Assembly: GCA_038127595.1 (NCBI GenBank)
Contig: JAYPIC010000002.1
Span: 1-62,353, forward strand
Source of the DNA: a bacterium
GTDB lineage: Bacteria > Fidelibacterota > Marinisomatia > Marinisomatales > UBA1611
Direction of reading: 5' to 3'
DNA length: 62,353 bases
Part shown: positions 39,130-48,225 of the stretch, in pieces
Layout: the number at the start of each line of letters is the position of its first letter
Position numbering within the stretch: the stretch's first letter is position 1
Position numbers and translations under genes: made by a program
The notes under the pieces: model-generated
The model's database searches: none
What the model was told of the DNA's origin: nothing
Seen by the model: the letters and a program-made list of their open reading frames with translations, nothing else

Positions 39130-40219
39130 ATCCCTTCCAATTTTTCATATAATCTATAAAAACTTTACTCAAATCCGCTTTACGAAGATCTTCAGAACTA
39201 AATGGCATCTTTTGAGGGGAATAATCCTTGATATTTAGGTTAGCTGCCCATTCAGGATGAGGGATAGCCACTCTACCAACGCCAATTAAATCAGCTCCTT
39301 GATTCATTACAGCTTTTGCATCTTTTGTTGACCAAATTCCTCCTGTGCTAATTACGGTTGGTAAATCATCAATACTTTGGGTAAACCATTCAGTTAATGT
39401 TCTTTTATCTTTGGGGTATTCAGTAGAGCTTTTAAAACAATCCCAGCAAGATAAATGAATGAAATCAATTTCAGTCTTCGCTAATAATTTGCCTAGCTCA
39501 AGACTCTCTTCTAAATGAATACCTAGCTCATTTATTTCAGGAGATATTCTTACTCCAACAATAAATGATTCAGGGACTACTTTTTTAATCTCTTCAATTA
39601 TTCTTAATAAAAATTTTGCCCTATTATTTATACTTCCACCCCAGTTATCTTTTCTTTGATTTGTCTTCTTACCTAGAAATTGAGAAATTAAATAACCATG
39701 CGCGCCATGAAGTTCTATTCCATCAAAGCCTGCTTTTACGCACCTCAAAGCTGCTGAACTAAAATCATAAATCAGTTGTTCTATTTGCTTGATACTGGCA
39801 GCTTCAGTAAATCCTGTTGATGACAGATCGCATGGTATGATGCTAGCAGATATTGGAACTTGGCCAGTTAGCTTTTCAGGAGCCCTCATCCCTCCATGAA
39901 ATAATTGAGCAAAAATAAGACTATCGTATTTATGAATATTTTTAGTCAGTAAGGTTAATCTATCAATGAAACTATCTTCAAATACTCCAAATTCACCTTC
40001 CCATCCTTGACCATATTTTGAAACATGTGTTGCTGCTGTTGTGATAATGCCAAAGCCATCCTTTGCTCTTCGTGACAACCATTTTATTTCTTGATTTGAA
40101 ATTACTCCATCGCCATGACTTTGCTTGTTTGTCATAGCCGCTAGAACAGAACGATTTTTAATCTTCTTTTTAGTTCTTGGAAATGTATACGATAAATGAG
40201 GCTCAGATTTTTTTAGCAT
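39110..40219 (-). CDS. NADH:flavin oxidoreductase, Old Yellow Enzyme family
   Basis: 369 aa. TIM-barrel OYE motifs AAMTNKQS, AQLFHGG, AGFDGIELHGAHGYLISQFL, IGVGR. The 3' end overlaps the downstream gene by 20 nt. Confidence 0.88.
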   Translation of the reverse strand: MLKKSEPHLSYTFPRTKKKIKNRSVLAAMTNKQSHGDGVISNQEIKWLSRRAKDGFGIITTAATHVSKYGQGWEGEFGVFEDSFIDRLTLLTKNIHKYDSLIFAQLFHGGMRAPEKLTGQVPISASIIPCDLSSTGFTEAASIKQIEQLIYDFSSAALRCVKAGFDGIELHGAHGYLISQFLGKKTNQRKDNWGGSINNRAKFLLRIIEEIKKVVPESFIVGVRISPEINELGIHLEESLELGKLLAKTEIDFIHLSCWDCFKSSTEYPKDKRTLTEWFTQSIDDLPTVISTGGIWSTKDAKAVMNQGADLIGVGRVAIPHPEWAANLNIKDYSPQKMPFSSEDLRKADLSKVFIDYMKNWKGFVKDEK

Positions 40220-40227
40220 TTTTACAC

Positions 40228-41109
40228 CTAACGTTTACCAATGTCTTTAAGAATATCATAAACAACTTTTGGTTTATTTGTAATAATGCCATTAGCACCT
40301 ATTGAAACTGCATGCATGATATCTTTAGAGTTATCTATTGTCCAATAATGCACTTCTAAACCCATTTTTTGTTTTTCTTTTATCCAATCAGGAAGATTCA
40401 TACCATATTTTTTAATTGTCTCAGAATAAAACGGAAGTTGAAATGCGTCAAATTTATTTTTATAAAAAGGAACCCAACCCCAAAACATCATCCTCTTTAT
40501 ATCGCTTCTTGATGCTGCTGTAGCAATTTTATTTTTAGTCAATTTTCTAAATTTTTTAATAACCTCATAGTGTGATGATACAACAAGGATATTATCTTGC
40601 ATATTATATCTACTTATTAATTCTATGAGTTTTATAAGACCACTTGCGTCCGGGTCCTTTATTTCAATATTAATCCTTTGTTCAGGAAATTTCTTAAAAA
40701 TTTCTTCTAATGATGGAATGTAATATTGAATATTTTTAGATCTTATAATACTAGGATTATCTTTATAAAATCCAAAACCAGCATCAAAATTTCTGATTTC
40801 TGATAACGAAACATCACCAATACTTATATCTATACCTGTTATTCTTGATAGGTTCTCATCATGAATAACTGTCCAGATTTCATCTTTAGTCTGCCAAATA
40901 TCTAACTCAATTATATCAGCGCCTTGATTAATTGCTAATTCAAAAGCTTCAATTGTATTTGGAGGTAATTCAAGGGACGATCCTTGATGAGCAATTATCT
41001 GTGGACAAGGACAGTCAAAATAAGACTTACTATTTTGTGAAAATAAACTACTTAGCGAAACTAGAGCAAAGCAAACTACATATTTTAACTGATCGTATTT
41101 AGTTAGCAA
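40228..41109 (-). CDS. glycerophosphodiester phosphodiesterase (GDPD family), secreted
   Basis: 293 aa. Signal-like N-terminus and GDPD motif IIAHQGSSLELPPNTIEAFELAINQGADIIELDIWQTKD. Confidence 0.88.
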   Translation of the reverse strand: MLTKYDQLKYVVCFALVSLSSLFSQNSKSYFDCPCPQIIAHQGSSLELPPNTIEAFELAINQGADIIELDIWQTKDEIWTVIHDENLSRITGIDISIGDVSLSEIRNFDAGFGFYKDNPSIIRSKNIQYYIPSLEEIFKKFPEQRINIEIKDPDASGLIKLIELISRYNMQDNILVVSSHYEVIKKFRKLTKNKIATAASRSDIKRMMFWGWVPFYKNKFDAFQLPFYSETIKKYGMNLPDWIKEKQKMGLEVHYWTIDNSKDIMHAVSIGANGIITNKPKVVYDILKDIGKR

Positions 41110-41123
41110 AAATACTTTCTTAA

Positions 41124-41306
41124 TTAATAATCAATTGGGTCAAACATCGTCCCTATTTCTGTGGTCCCATTTGCTCTATATCGTTGGCCAGTTTCAAGAT
41201 CTTCTATTATCCATTTAGTAGGACATTTTGTCTTAATAATTAATTGAACAGATGAATCTAACTCCTCAGCCTCTTCACCATTTTTTAATTTTCTATATTT
41301 AGCCAT
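41124..41306 (-). CDS. small hypothetical protein (60 aa)
   Basis: Compact ORF filling the gap between two co-directional genes. No motif recognised. Confidence 0.4.
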   Translation of the reverse strand: MAKYRKLKNGEEAEELDSSVQLIIKTKCPTKWIIEDLETGQRYRANGTTEIGTMFDPIDY

Positions 41307-41336
41307 AATTACTCCATTTATTATGCATATTATTCT

Positions 41337-42455
41337 TTATTCAATATATAATCCTTTAGCAGTGCTTTGCATCCAATCATCTATATTTTGGTTGACATCA
41401 TCTATTTGGACCAAGTGATTCAATTCACCATTAACCCAAACACAAGCGCTTTCTATACTATAACTGTCTAGTGTGTCTCTAGGAACTTCACCAACTACAA
41501 TCACATTACCATCAGCTATCTTTATATCATAAGCAGCGCCGGTACCATATTCTGTTCTCATTCCTTCTTCAAGATCATGCAAAGTTCCATTTTTCCAATA
41601 TTGCGGTGTATATCCTCCAGTAGGGCCTTCTTGCCCAGTATCACCAAACCAATCGCGATAACCAGCGACATATATATCTTCCCCATCTATCGTTATTGCA
41701 TTACCCACTGCACCATAAACATCCATAGTTGAGGCTCCTAAAGGAAGATTAGTTCTAGTGGTATGACGCCAATATGCTGGGGTTGGTGTATATCCTGCAA
41801 AACTTGATGTTTTTAGTACATATCCGCCATAGTACCTCATATTACCATCCATAAATGCAATGTCATATACCTCCCCGTCACCACCGCTTGGCACGGGTAA
41901 ATTCGTACGATTATTACCATCTTTCCAAAAACAAGGTATTACATAATGATGATTATTCATGTAATAGCCACCAATGTATACACTGCCATTATTCCTAATT
42001 CCGATTGCAAAAGCTTGAGAATCGCCATTTACAGTCAAATCGACTTTTTGTCCATTTTTCCAATAACACGATCCATTATTATACCAACCAGCTACATACA
42101 CATCATCACCATTTACAGCAATGGCTTCAGCTTCTCCACCTAAACCAGGTAAATCATATCGTTGTTGATTAACCCAATAGCACGCATTGTAGCTTTCGCT
42201 GGTACCAGAAATATATACATCACCATTTGATACTGTAATATCAGTAGCCCATGCTCCTCCTGGAAGTTCATTTCTTACACCATCAACCCAATAACATGCT
42301 GTCATATCCCCAGCAGAATTGTAAGAACTACCTGCTACGTAAATTGTTCTATCTGGTATAAGTCGATTAACTGAACTTTTTTGATCACGATCTTTTTCAC
42401 AACTATAAAAAAATAAAAATATTGCAAACAATGGTATGTATTTATTTTTCATCAC
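41337..42455 (-). CDS. repeat lipoprotein (seven (Y/F/V)W-x-(N/D/H)-G/x blades, beta-propeller-like)
   Basis: 372 aa. Lipobox FFYSC. Seven spaced repeats: CYWVDGVRNELPG, CYWVNQQRYDLPG, CYWKNGQKVDLTV, CFWKDGNNRTNLP, AYWRHTTRTNLPL, QYWKNGTLHDLEE, CVWVNGELNHLVQ. Most are followed by a D(V/I)Y(I/V)(S/A)G(-like) strand. Confidence 0.7.
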   Translation of the reverse strand: MMKNKYIPLFAIFLFFYSCEKDRDQKSSVNRLIPDRTIYVAGSSYNSAGDMTACYWVDGVRNELPGGAWATDITVSNGDVYISGTSESYNACYWVNQQRYDLPGLGGEAEAIAVNGDDVYVAGWYNNGSCYWKNGQKVDLTVNGDSQAFAIGIRNNGSVYIGGYYMNNHHYVIPCFWKDGNNRTNLPVPSGGDGEVYDIAFMDGNMRYYGGYVLKTSSFAGYTPTPAYWRHTTRTNLPLGASTMDVYGAVGNAITIDGEDIYVAGYRDWFGDTGQEGPTGGYTPQYWKNGTLHDLEEGMRTEYGTGAAYDIKIADGNVIVVGEVPRDTLDSYSIESACVWVNGELNHLVQIDDVNQNIDDWMQSTAKGLYIE

Positions 42456-42483
42456 TAACTAATTCTGCTTTAATTAAACTCAT

Positions 42484-43125
42484 TCAAGATAAACCAAATG
42501 TATTTTTTATGCCTGAGATAACATATTCTATTGCTAACGCTCCTAGTAATAAGCCAAATACTCTCTGGATAACACTTAATAAAGATAAACTTATTATCTC
42601 AACAAGCTTAGAGGATAACCACATACAAACTCCAGCTAAAATTACAGAGAGCATCACAGGTAAAAAGCTAATAACTCTACTAATTAATTCAGGCTCAGAT
42701 TTTTCTGCGATTAGCATGGTTATTGTAATTGCACCAGGTCCAGCAATAAGTGGAATTGCTAAAGGGAAAGTAGCTAATGATATGGCAGAAATTTCATCAA
42801 TTGCTGAATCTGCTAAATTTTGCCTTCTTTCATCTCGTTTCTCAAAAACCATTTCAAACGCGATGAAAATGAGAAATAAACCGCCAATTATTTTGAAAGA
42901 ATTTATATTGATCCCCATACCATTTAGTAATGCTTGCCCCAATAATGAAAAAAAGAGAAGAATAACAAATGATATAAACGTGGCTCTCAAATAAATGCGC
43001 TTGATTTCATTTTTTTTTAACCCATGAGTGATACCTGCAAATATCGGGATAAGAGCGAAAGGGTCAATCGCTACAAAGATAAGTAAAAAATCATTCAAAA
43101 ATGTCGTTGCAAAAGAATCAATCAT
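42484..43125 (-). CDS. MarC family (UPF0056/NAAT) integral membrane protein
   Basis: 213 aa, six hydrophobic segments. N-terminal FVAIDPFALIPIFAGIT and central LAIPLIAGPGAITI are typical of MarC. Confidence 0.8.
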   Translation of the reverse strand: MIDSFATTFLNDFLLIFVAIDPFALIPIFAGITHGLKKNEIKRIYLRATFISFVILLFFSLLGQALLNGMGININSFKIIGGLFLIFIAFEMVFEKRDERRQNLADSAIDEISAISLATFPLAIPLIAGPGAITITMLIAEKSEPELISRVISFLPVMLSVILAGVCMWLSSKLVEIISLSLLSVIQRVFGLLLGALAIEYVISGIKNTFGLS

Positions 43126-43187
43126 CTAAAAATTTACTTACTTTGAAAGTAATTTTAGAAGATTTGAATTAAGAAAATAATTTATAT

Positions 43188-44057
43188 TTATGATTCAATT
43201 TGAAATTTTTTATTCATCAAAAAAATACTTATACAAAGAAATAAAGTTAAAATTATTGAGCCTTCAAAACCGAAGCTTCCGCCTGTAAATAAAACATGAC
43301 CAGCTAACTTTTGCTCAAACAAACTATTTATTTTATTGCCACTAACTTCAAAACCATATATCGGCCCTTGCAAATAATTCCATACTAGGTGAGCCCCTAT
43401 GGGAAACCATAGATTATTTTTATGAACTGTGTATATACCTAAAAATATTCCTGCAAGGAATAAATTGACCAGAGGCAATACTCCTATATTGGGGTTGCCA
43501 ATATGCATTAACATAAAAACCAAGGATGATATAGCAAGAGCAATATACTTGTTAAAAGATTGGCTTAGGTTCTGAAGAATATACCCTCTTATTGCAATCT
43601 CTTCATTCAATGATACGATTATAAAAAGAAAAAGATAAAATATCTGATCGTAGAAAGAGAAATAAGTCAGGTCTACTTTAATTAGTTTAAAAACAAATAA
43701 TATTAAAAACCCTGAACTTATAAGTACACCTCCAACTAATAATCCTTGAAAAAAATCACTCTCATAATTAGCAAGTCTCAGGCCAATTGAAGTAAAGCTT
43801 TCTTTATTAACGAATGTTTGAAAAACCCAAACTGTAAATAAAGTTCCTAGTAATTGGCAAAACATCATTAACAACATCATTTTGTTTTGCATAATTAATT
43901 CCGGATCGGAAATAAATTCTTCAAAACCGTATTCACTAAATTGTGAAACAATTAAAATTCCAATAAGGTCAAAAAGAGCAACTATGATAAAAAAAGAGAA
44001 AAAGAAAAGAAGTGCTCTTAACCACCCCTTTTTAATTAGCAGAGGTTGAGTTTCCAT
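43188..44057 (-). CDS. CPBP family intramembrane glutamic endopeptidase (CAAX protease-like)
   Basis: 289 aa membrane protein with the three CPBP motifs: EEIAIRGY, FMLMH, HLVWN. Confidence 0.85.
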   Translation of the reverse strand: METQPLLIKKGWLRALLFFFSFFIIVALFDLIGILIVSQFSEYGFEEFISDPELIMQNKMMLLMMFCQLLGTLFTVWVFQTFVNKESFTSIGLRLANYESDFFQGLLVGGVLISSGFLILFVFKLIKVDLTYFSFYDQIFYLFLFIIVSLNEEIAIRGYILQNLSQSFNKYIALAISSLVFMLMHIGNPNIGVLPLVNLFLAGIFLGIYTVHKNNLWFPIGAHLVWNYLQGPIYGFEVSGNKINSLFEQKLAGHVLFTGGSFGFEGSIILTLFLCISIFLMNKKFQIES

Positions 44058-44099
44058 GATTTATTTTACAAGGGCAGTATTATGGTTTCCTAGTATCTT

Positions 44100-44999
44100 A
44101 TGATCTATTATTTAAATCATATTTTGAATAAAGAAGAGAAAAAATTTACACTGCTTATGGTTTTCGCTATGATAACCTGGGGTTACTCTTGGGTTGGTGC
44201 GAAAATTCTCGGGCCTTATGGCCATGTTACCATTAAAATTTTTTTACGGTTTTTTTTAGCGGCTCTGGCTCTAATTCCAATTTTAATTAAATACCACGCC
44301 ACATTTAAAATTAACAAGAAAGGGTTGTTATTCATTATGTGGAATTCTATCTCATTGTGTTCATATAATTATTTTTACTTTAAGTCCACGCACATTGGTT
44401 TAGCAGGTGCAGGTGGAGTGCTTGTCACGACCTTAAATCCAATTTTGACATCTTTATTTGTTTACTTAATACTTGATAGAAAAACCGCAAAACTGAAAGA
44501 TATAATTGGACTAGTCATTGGACTTATTGGCGGCAGCATTATAATAAGAATATGGGAGATGGATATTAATCTTATGATTCAATCCGGGAATTTATATTAT
44601 ATCTTAGCTTCATGCTCTTGGGTATCCGTCACAATTGCATCTCAAAAGGCAAAAGACCAAATTCATTTTCTTACATTTAGCTTTTGGAGTTTTTTGATTG
44701 CATCATTATTAATTTTTCCTTTTTGCGAAATAGATGCTGTTATCAAAGTCATCAACTATGATTATATTTTTTGGATCAATATGATTCTTCTTTCAATTGT
44801 TGTGATGTCATTTGCAAATACAATGTATTTCTTTGCATCATCCAAAATTGGAGCAATAAAAGCTAGTTCTTATATTTTCGTCGTGCCGCTAACTGCAATT
44901 ATTTTTTCAAAAATAATTCTTAACGAACAAATTTTATCCACGACTATTCTTGGCGGTATGCTATCGATATCTGCTATCTATTTAATTAATAAAAAATAA
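44100..44999 (+). CDS. DMT superfamily transporter (EamA-like, two repeats)
   Basis: 299 aa, about 10 TM segments in two homologous halves. Typical EamA composition. Confidence 0.75.
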   Translation: MIYYLNHILNKEEKKFTLLMVFAMITWGYSWVGAKILGPYGHVTIKIFLRFFLAALALIPILIKYHATFKINKKGLLFIMWNSISLCSYNYFYFKSTHIGLAGAGGVLVTTLNPILTSLFVYLILDRKTAKLKDIIGLVIGLIGGSIIIRIWEMDINLMIQSGNLYYILASCSWVSVTIASQKAKDQIHFLTFSFWSFLIASLLIFPFCEIDAVIKVINYDYIFWINMILLSIVVMSFANTMYFFASSKIGAIKASSYIFVVPLTAIIFSKIILNEQILSTTILGGMLSISAIYLINKK

Positions 45000-45075
45000 T
45001 TTATGATTGGTTTTATCTTTATGTTTAAACAATCTTAATTTCTAATAATTCAAAAGTCATAAATAAGGTTTTAAT

Positions 45076-45390
45076 ATGGATTTAAAAGAACAAATAATTG
45101 ATGATATAAATAGTAACTCAATCATTCTTTATATGAAAGGGACCAAAGAGATGCCTCAATGCGGTTTCTCAAATAATGTAGTCCAAATACTTAATCATTA
45201 TGGTGTAGATTATAAAGACATAAATGTTTTAACAGATCCAAATATTCGTATAAAATTAAGTGAACACTCTGGTTGGCCCACAATTCCCCAGTTGTTTGTA
45301 AAAGGAGAGCTAATAGGAGGAGCCGATATCACTAACGAGCTTCATCAAAGTGGTCAATTACTTGATATTTTAGATAAAGCAAATAGTTAA
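45076..45390 (+). CDS. monothiol glutaredoxin (Grx4 family)
   Basis: 104 aa. Active site PQCGFS, WPTIPQLFVKGELIGGAD. Confidence 0.93.
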   Translation: MDLKEQIIDDINSNSIILYMKGTKEMPQCGFSNNVVQILNHYGVDYKDINVLTDPNIRIKLSEHSGWPTIPQLFVKGELIGGADITNELHQSGQLLDILDKANS

Positions 45391-45473
45391 GCCTGCAGTA
45401 TTAAAAATAGTTGGCCTCAGGTCGTTGTTAGGATAAATTTAACCTTCATATTTTTAGAGCTTTTATAAAATTT

Positions 45474-45545
45474 GGCCCGTTCGTCTAGTGGTTAGGACTC
45501 CAGGTTTTCATCCTGGCAACAGGAGTTCGATTCTCCTACGGGCTA
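45474..45545 (+). tRNA. tRNA-Glu (anticodon TTC)
   Basis: GGCCCGT-TC-GTCTAGTGGTTAGGAC-T-CCAGG-TTTTCAT-CCTGG-CAAC-AGGAG-TTCGATT-CTCCT-ACGGGCT-A. Cloverleaf with anticodon loop TT-TTC-AT and T-loop TTCGATT. G1:U72 wobble at the acceptor end. No encoded CCA. Confidence 0.88.
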
Positions 45546-45567
45546 CAAATTTTTATAGTTAAAGTTT

Positions 45568-46980
45568 CTACTCTTCAAATGTTAATTTAACTATCCTGGC
45601 AACTCCACCATAGCCACCATCCAAAAAGGCATTACCGCCGCCGATAATTATATCTCCATTATTAAGCTCGATGACAGCTTGATTGCCAAGCGTTTGCTCA
45701 GTGAATATCACTTCGCCCTCTTCGTTTATTTTAGTTAAATAACTTCTCTCATCTATGAAATAATAACCACCTCCTTGAGCTGGGGTTATATCATATATAC
45801 CTGATACATTAAATTCACCAATTATACACTCGTTCCATACATTATTACCATCTGCGGCATTGCGTTTCACAACTAAATTACTTCTCCAGCTATTACAAAA
45901 CCCTGCAGCAACGTAATTACCATCCGGAGCGAGACATATAGAATATAAAATCGCATCCCCAACAGAGTTTTTTGCTTTCTTCCAGATTTGATTACCATCC
46001 GTATCTGTTTTAACAACAAAAAATTTATATGCTCCATGTTGCGTCCCTGAATACCCAGCAAATACAATATCACCATCATCGGTTTCAATAAGCTCATAGG
46101 CTTCATTAGCAACTGAATTGGTATAGATATTCTCCCAAATTAATTCACCACTTGTATCATATTTTCTTAAAGATGCCTTACTATTCCAACCGTCATCATT
46201 CCAAGTACCTGCAATAACATAATTACCATCTGATGTTTGGATCACATCTCTTGCCCAATCGTTATTATTATTAGCAGATGATTCAGTTTTTGACCATTGC
46301 ACAACCCCATCTGAATCTGTTTTTAAGATATACATATCAGGGTAACAGTCCATTGAGGTATTACACTCGAAATAACCAGCCGCGATAAAACCACCATCTG
46401 AAGTTTCAATCGCGCTATATAATGCAGATGATCCTTCATACTTCTGTTCCCAAATAATATCTCCATTAGCATCAAGCCTAATTAATTGACCTAGATAGTC
46501 ACACTGGCTATTAACACAGTTCGTAGCATTACCAAGTGACATAATAAATCCGCCATCAGAGACAGGTCTTAAGGACCACATTTCGCCGCCTATTTCTTCA
46601 TAAGATTTTGACCAAAGAACATTCATCTGCCCACTATAATATTGACAAGTTTCGTTATCAAAGGTTGCTTGTGAATTATAATTAACAGCCGATTCATCCA
46701 TACACCCGCAAATATTGTCCCCGCCAACAACTCCTGCACAATCTACATTTTGATTGTACTCGCATGAGTCATCATCATAGGTTGCAGTACTGTCATAATT
46801 AATTGCCTCTGAGTCTGTGCACCCACATATACTTTCGCCACCAAGAACTCCTGCACAATCTTCAGTTTCGGATTCTTCTTTTTCACATGAGAGGGAAAAA
46901 ACTACACAAAAAATAAAAAAAATAAATATACCGACTTTGTTCATTTTGCTTAAATAATAATAGAGATCTTTTAAGTTCAT
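45568..46980 (-). CDS. secreted lipoprotein with two Cys-rich modules and a beta-propeller-like repeat region
   Basis: 470 aa. The likely true start is M13 (46944), giving MNKVGIFIFFIFCVVFSLSC (lipobox). Tandem DCAGV(L/V)GG..ICGC.D..A(I/V)NY..(T/Q)AT(Y/F)D...C(E/Q)Y modules are followed by repeated (S/T)(S/D)DG(G/N)(F/Y)(I/V).AG strands. Confidence 0.7.
   Translation of the reverse strand: MNLKDLYYYLSKMNKVGIFIFFIFCVVFSLSCEKEESETEDCAGVLGGESICGCTDSEAINYDSTATYDDDSCEYNQNVDCAGVVGGDNICGCMDESAVNYNSQATFDNETCQYYSGQMNVLWSKSYEEIGGEMWSLRPVSDGGFIMSLGNATNCVNSQCDYLGQLIRLDANGDIIWEQKYEGSSALYSAIETSDGGFIAAGYFECNTSMDCYPDMYILKTDSDGVVQWSKTESSANNNNDWARDVIQTSDGNYVIAGTWNDDGWNSKASLRKYDTSGELIWENIYTNSVANEAYELIETDDGDIVFAGYSGTQHGAYKFFVVKTDTDGNQIWKKAKNSVGDAILYSICLAPDGNYVAAGFCNSWRSNLVVKRNAADGNNVWNECIIGEFNVSGIYDITPAQGGGYYFIDERSYLTKINEEGEVIFTEQTLGNQAVIELNNGDIIIGGGNAFLDGGYGGVARIVKLTFEE
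46645..46860 (-). repeat. tandem duplicated ~34-codon Cys-rich module inside the 45568..46980 gene
   Basis: DCAGVLGGESICGCTDSEAINYDSTATYDDDSCEY followed after 4 residues by DCAGVVGGDNICGCMDESAVNYNSQATFDNETCQY. Confidence 0.8.
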
Positions 46981-47010
46981 CTTTTGATGATGATAAACTT
47001 ATAAAATTAC

Positions 47011-48225
47011 CTAACTATTAGGATGTATAATTTTGACAATAAATGAAGAAGAAGCTGAACTATAGAAAACACCTAGCCCACCTTCAAAATTAGAATCTGG
47101 TAATAAGTATATATTTTGACCAACAGGATCTCCTCTGAAATAGTTAAAGTAAGAATCACTGGTTGATTTATACGTCATCATATAATAGCCGTAATAATCA
47201 AAATAAAGCCACATAATTGGCGATGGGGCTCTGTCGGCATTCCATAGCCATGGATTATTCCTATATGGACTATTTCCCCTCCATGTACCATCTACAGATC
47301 CTCTTTTCAGAGGGTTTTTCCATATATCGGAGAGCCTGTTATATTCTAAACTATCATTATCAAACAATCCTTTTTCATCGCTATATATAAGGTTTATATA
47401 ACAGCTATCTCTAATACCGTTTCTATTTCTATCTGAAAAATCTTCACCTTCATCATAGGTACCGTTCTGATTTGTATCCTCATAAGGCTCTAGGTCAACT
47501 TTATCTGATTCTAAAGCATAAGAAATGATCTGAATTGTGTTATAATCATCCTCATTAAAATCAACTGCGAACAATGGCAAGCTAGCAAAACTCTTAGTGT
47601 AACAATCGCCAATTTTAAACTCGAGTGAGTCAACGTTAATATTATTCGATTCAATGTACTGAATGGGATCTTGATATAATAAGACCATTTGCTCAAATGT
47701 TAAGTTGTCTAAATTATTTACATCAACAGTACTGATTGACTCCATGCTCCCATCAGGGCATTCATAGTCTGGCATATCTATAGGAGATATTACTATTTCT
47801 TCAGGTACGCTAGTTTGAGCAATAACAGAATCGCCATCATGACTTACAACCAACCTATACGTTGTTCCAGAGCTAATTATATAATTCAACCAATACGATG
47901 CAACAGAATCAATATTTTGCATTGAGAAGTCAACAGGGTAATATCTTCCATTACCTACTGAATAAAAATGGAGCTCAGAACTATCAGTCATATTAATGAG
48001 TGTTACATTAGCATCGTCTATATAAAGCTCTTTTGCATCAACTGATTCATTAACCTCTGCTGTTCTAGAAACGAAAACGGTATCGAAAACAGGAAACCCT
48101 GCATTGATAGAAGCAAATACTACAAGTTGCTCTTGGTACTCAATTGTATTATCATCAAAGGTACATGATTGTATGACAATCATGATAAATAGTGCATAAA
48201 TAAAGTATTTCACTTTGCTTATCAT
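47011..48225 (-). CDS. DUF4249-like lipoprotein, partner of the upstream TonB-dependent receptor
   Basis: 404 aa. Lipobox VIQSC. C-terminal EGGLGVFYSSAS motif. The start codon abuts the receptor stop with no intergenic base. Contains the D/N-rich loop DTNQNGTYDEGEDFSDRNRNGIRD. Confidence 0.6.
   Translation of the reverse strand: MISKVKYFIYALFIMIVIQSCTFDDNTIEYQEQLVVFASINAGFPVFDTVFVSRTAEVNESVDAKELYIDDANVTLINMTDSSELHFYSVGNGRYYPVDFSMQNIDSVASYWLNYIISSGTTYRLVVSHDGDSVIAQTSVPEEIVISPIDMPDYECPDGSMESISTVDVNNLDNLTFEQMVLLYQDPIQYIESNNINVDSLEFKIGDCYTKSFASLPLFAVDFNEDDYNTIQIISYALESDKVDLEPYEDTNQNGTYDEGEDFSDRNRNGIRDSCYINLIYSDEKGLFDNDSLEYNRLSDIWKNPLKRGSVDGTWRGNSPYRNNPWLWNADRAPSPIMWLYFDYYGYYMMTYKSTSDSYFNYFRGDPVGQNIYLLPDSNFEGGLGVFYSSASSSFIVKIIHPNS

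Noticed and set aside
42422-42994. A 190-aa plus-strand ORF opposite the MarC-family gene.
   Set aside because: The minus-strand ORF (42484..43125) has the MarC signatures (FVAIDPFALIPIF, LAIPLIAGPGAITI) and regular TM periodicity. The plus-strand translation has no recognisable features and runs against the local gene orientation.
45391-45567. tRNA-Glu as a possible genomic-island integration site.
   Set aside because: There is no integrase, no duplicated tRNA 3' fragment that I could see, and no compositional break. The flanking genes look like ordinary chromosomal genes.
5615-47696. Same-strand, alternative-frame short ORFs inside larger genes: 5615..5797, 25923..26108, 28765..28974, 30776..30988, 45873..46112, 47511..47696.
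   Set aside because: They are fully embedded in well-supported longer ORFs in another frame, with no independent signal.
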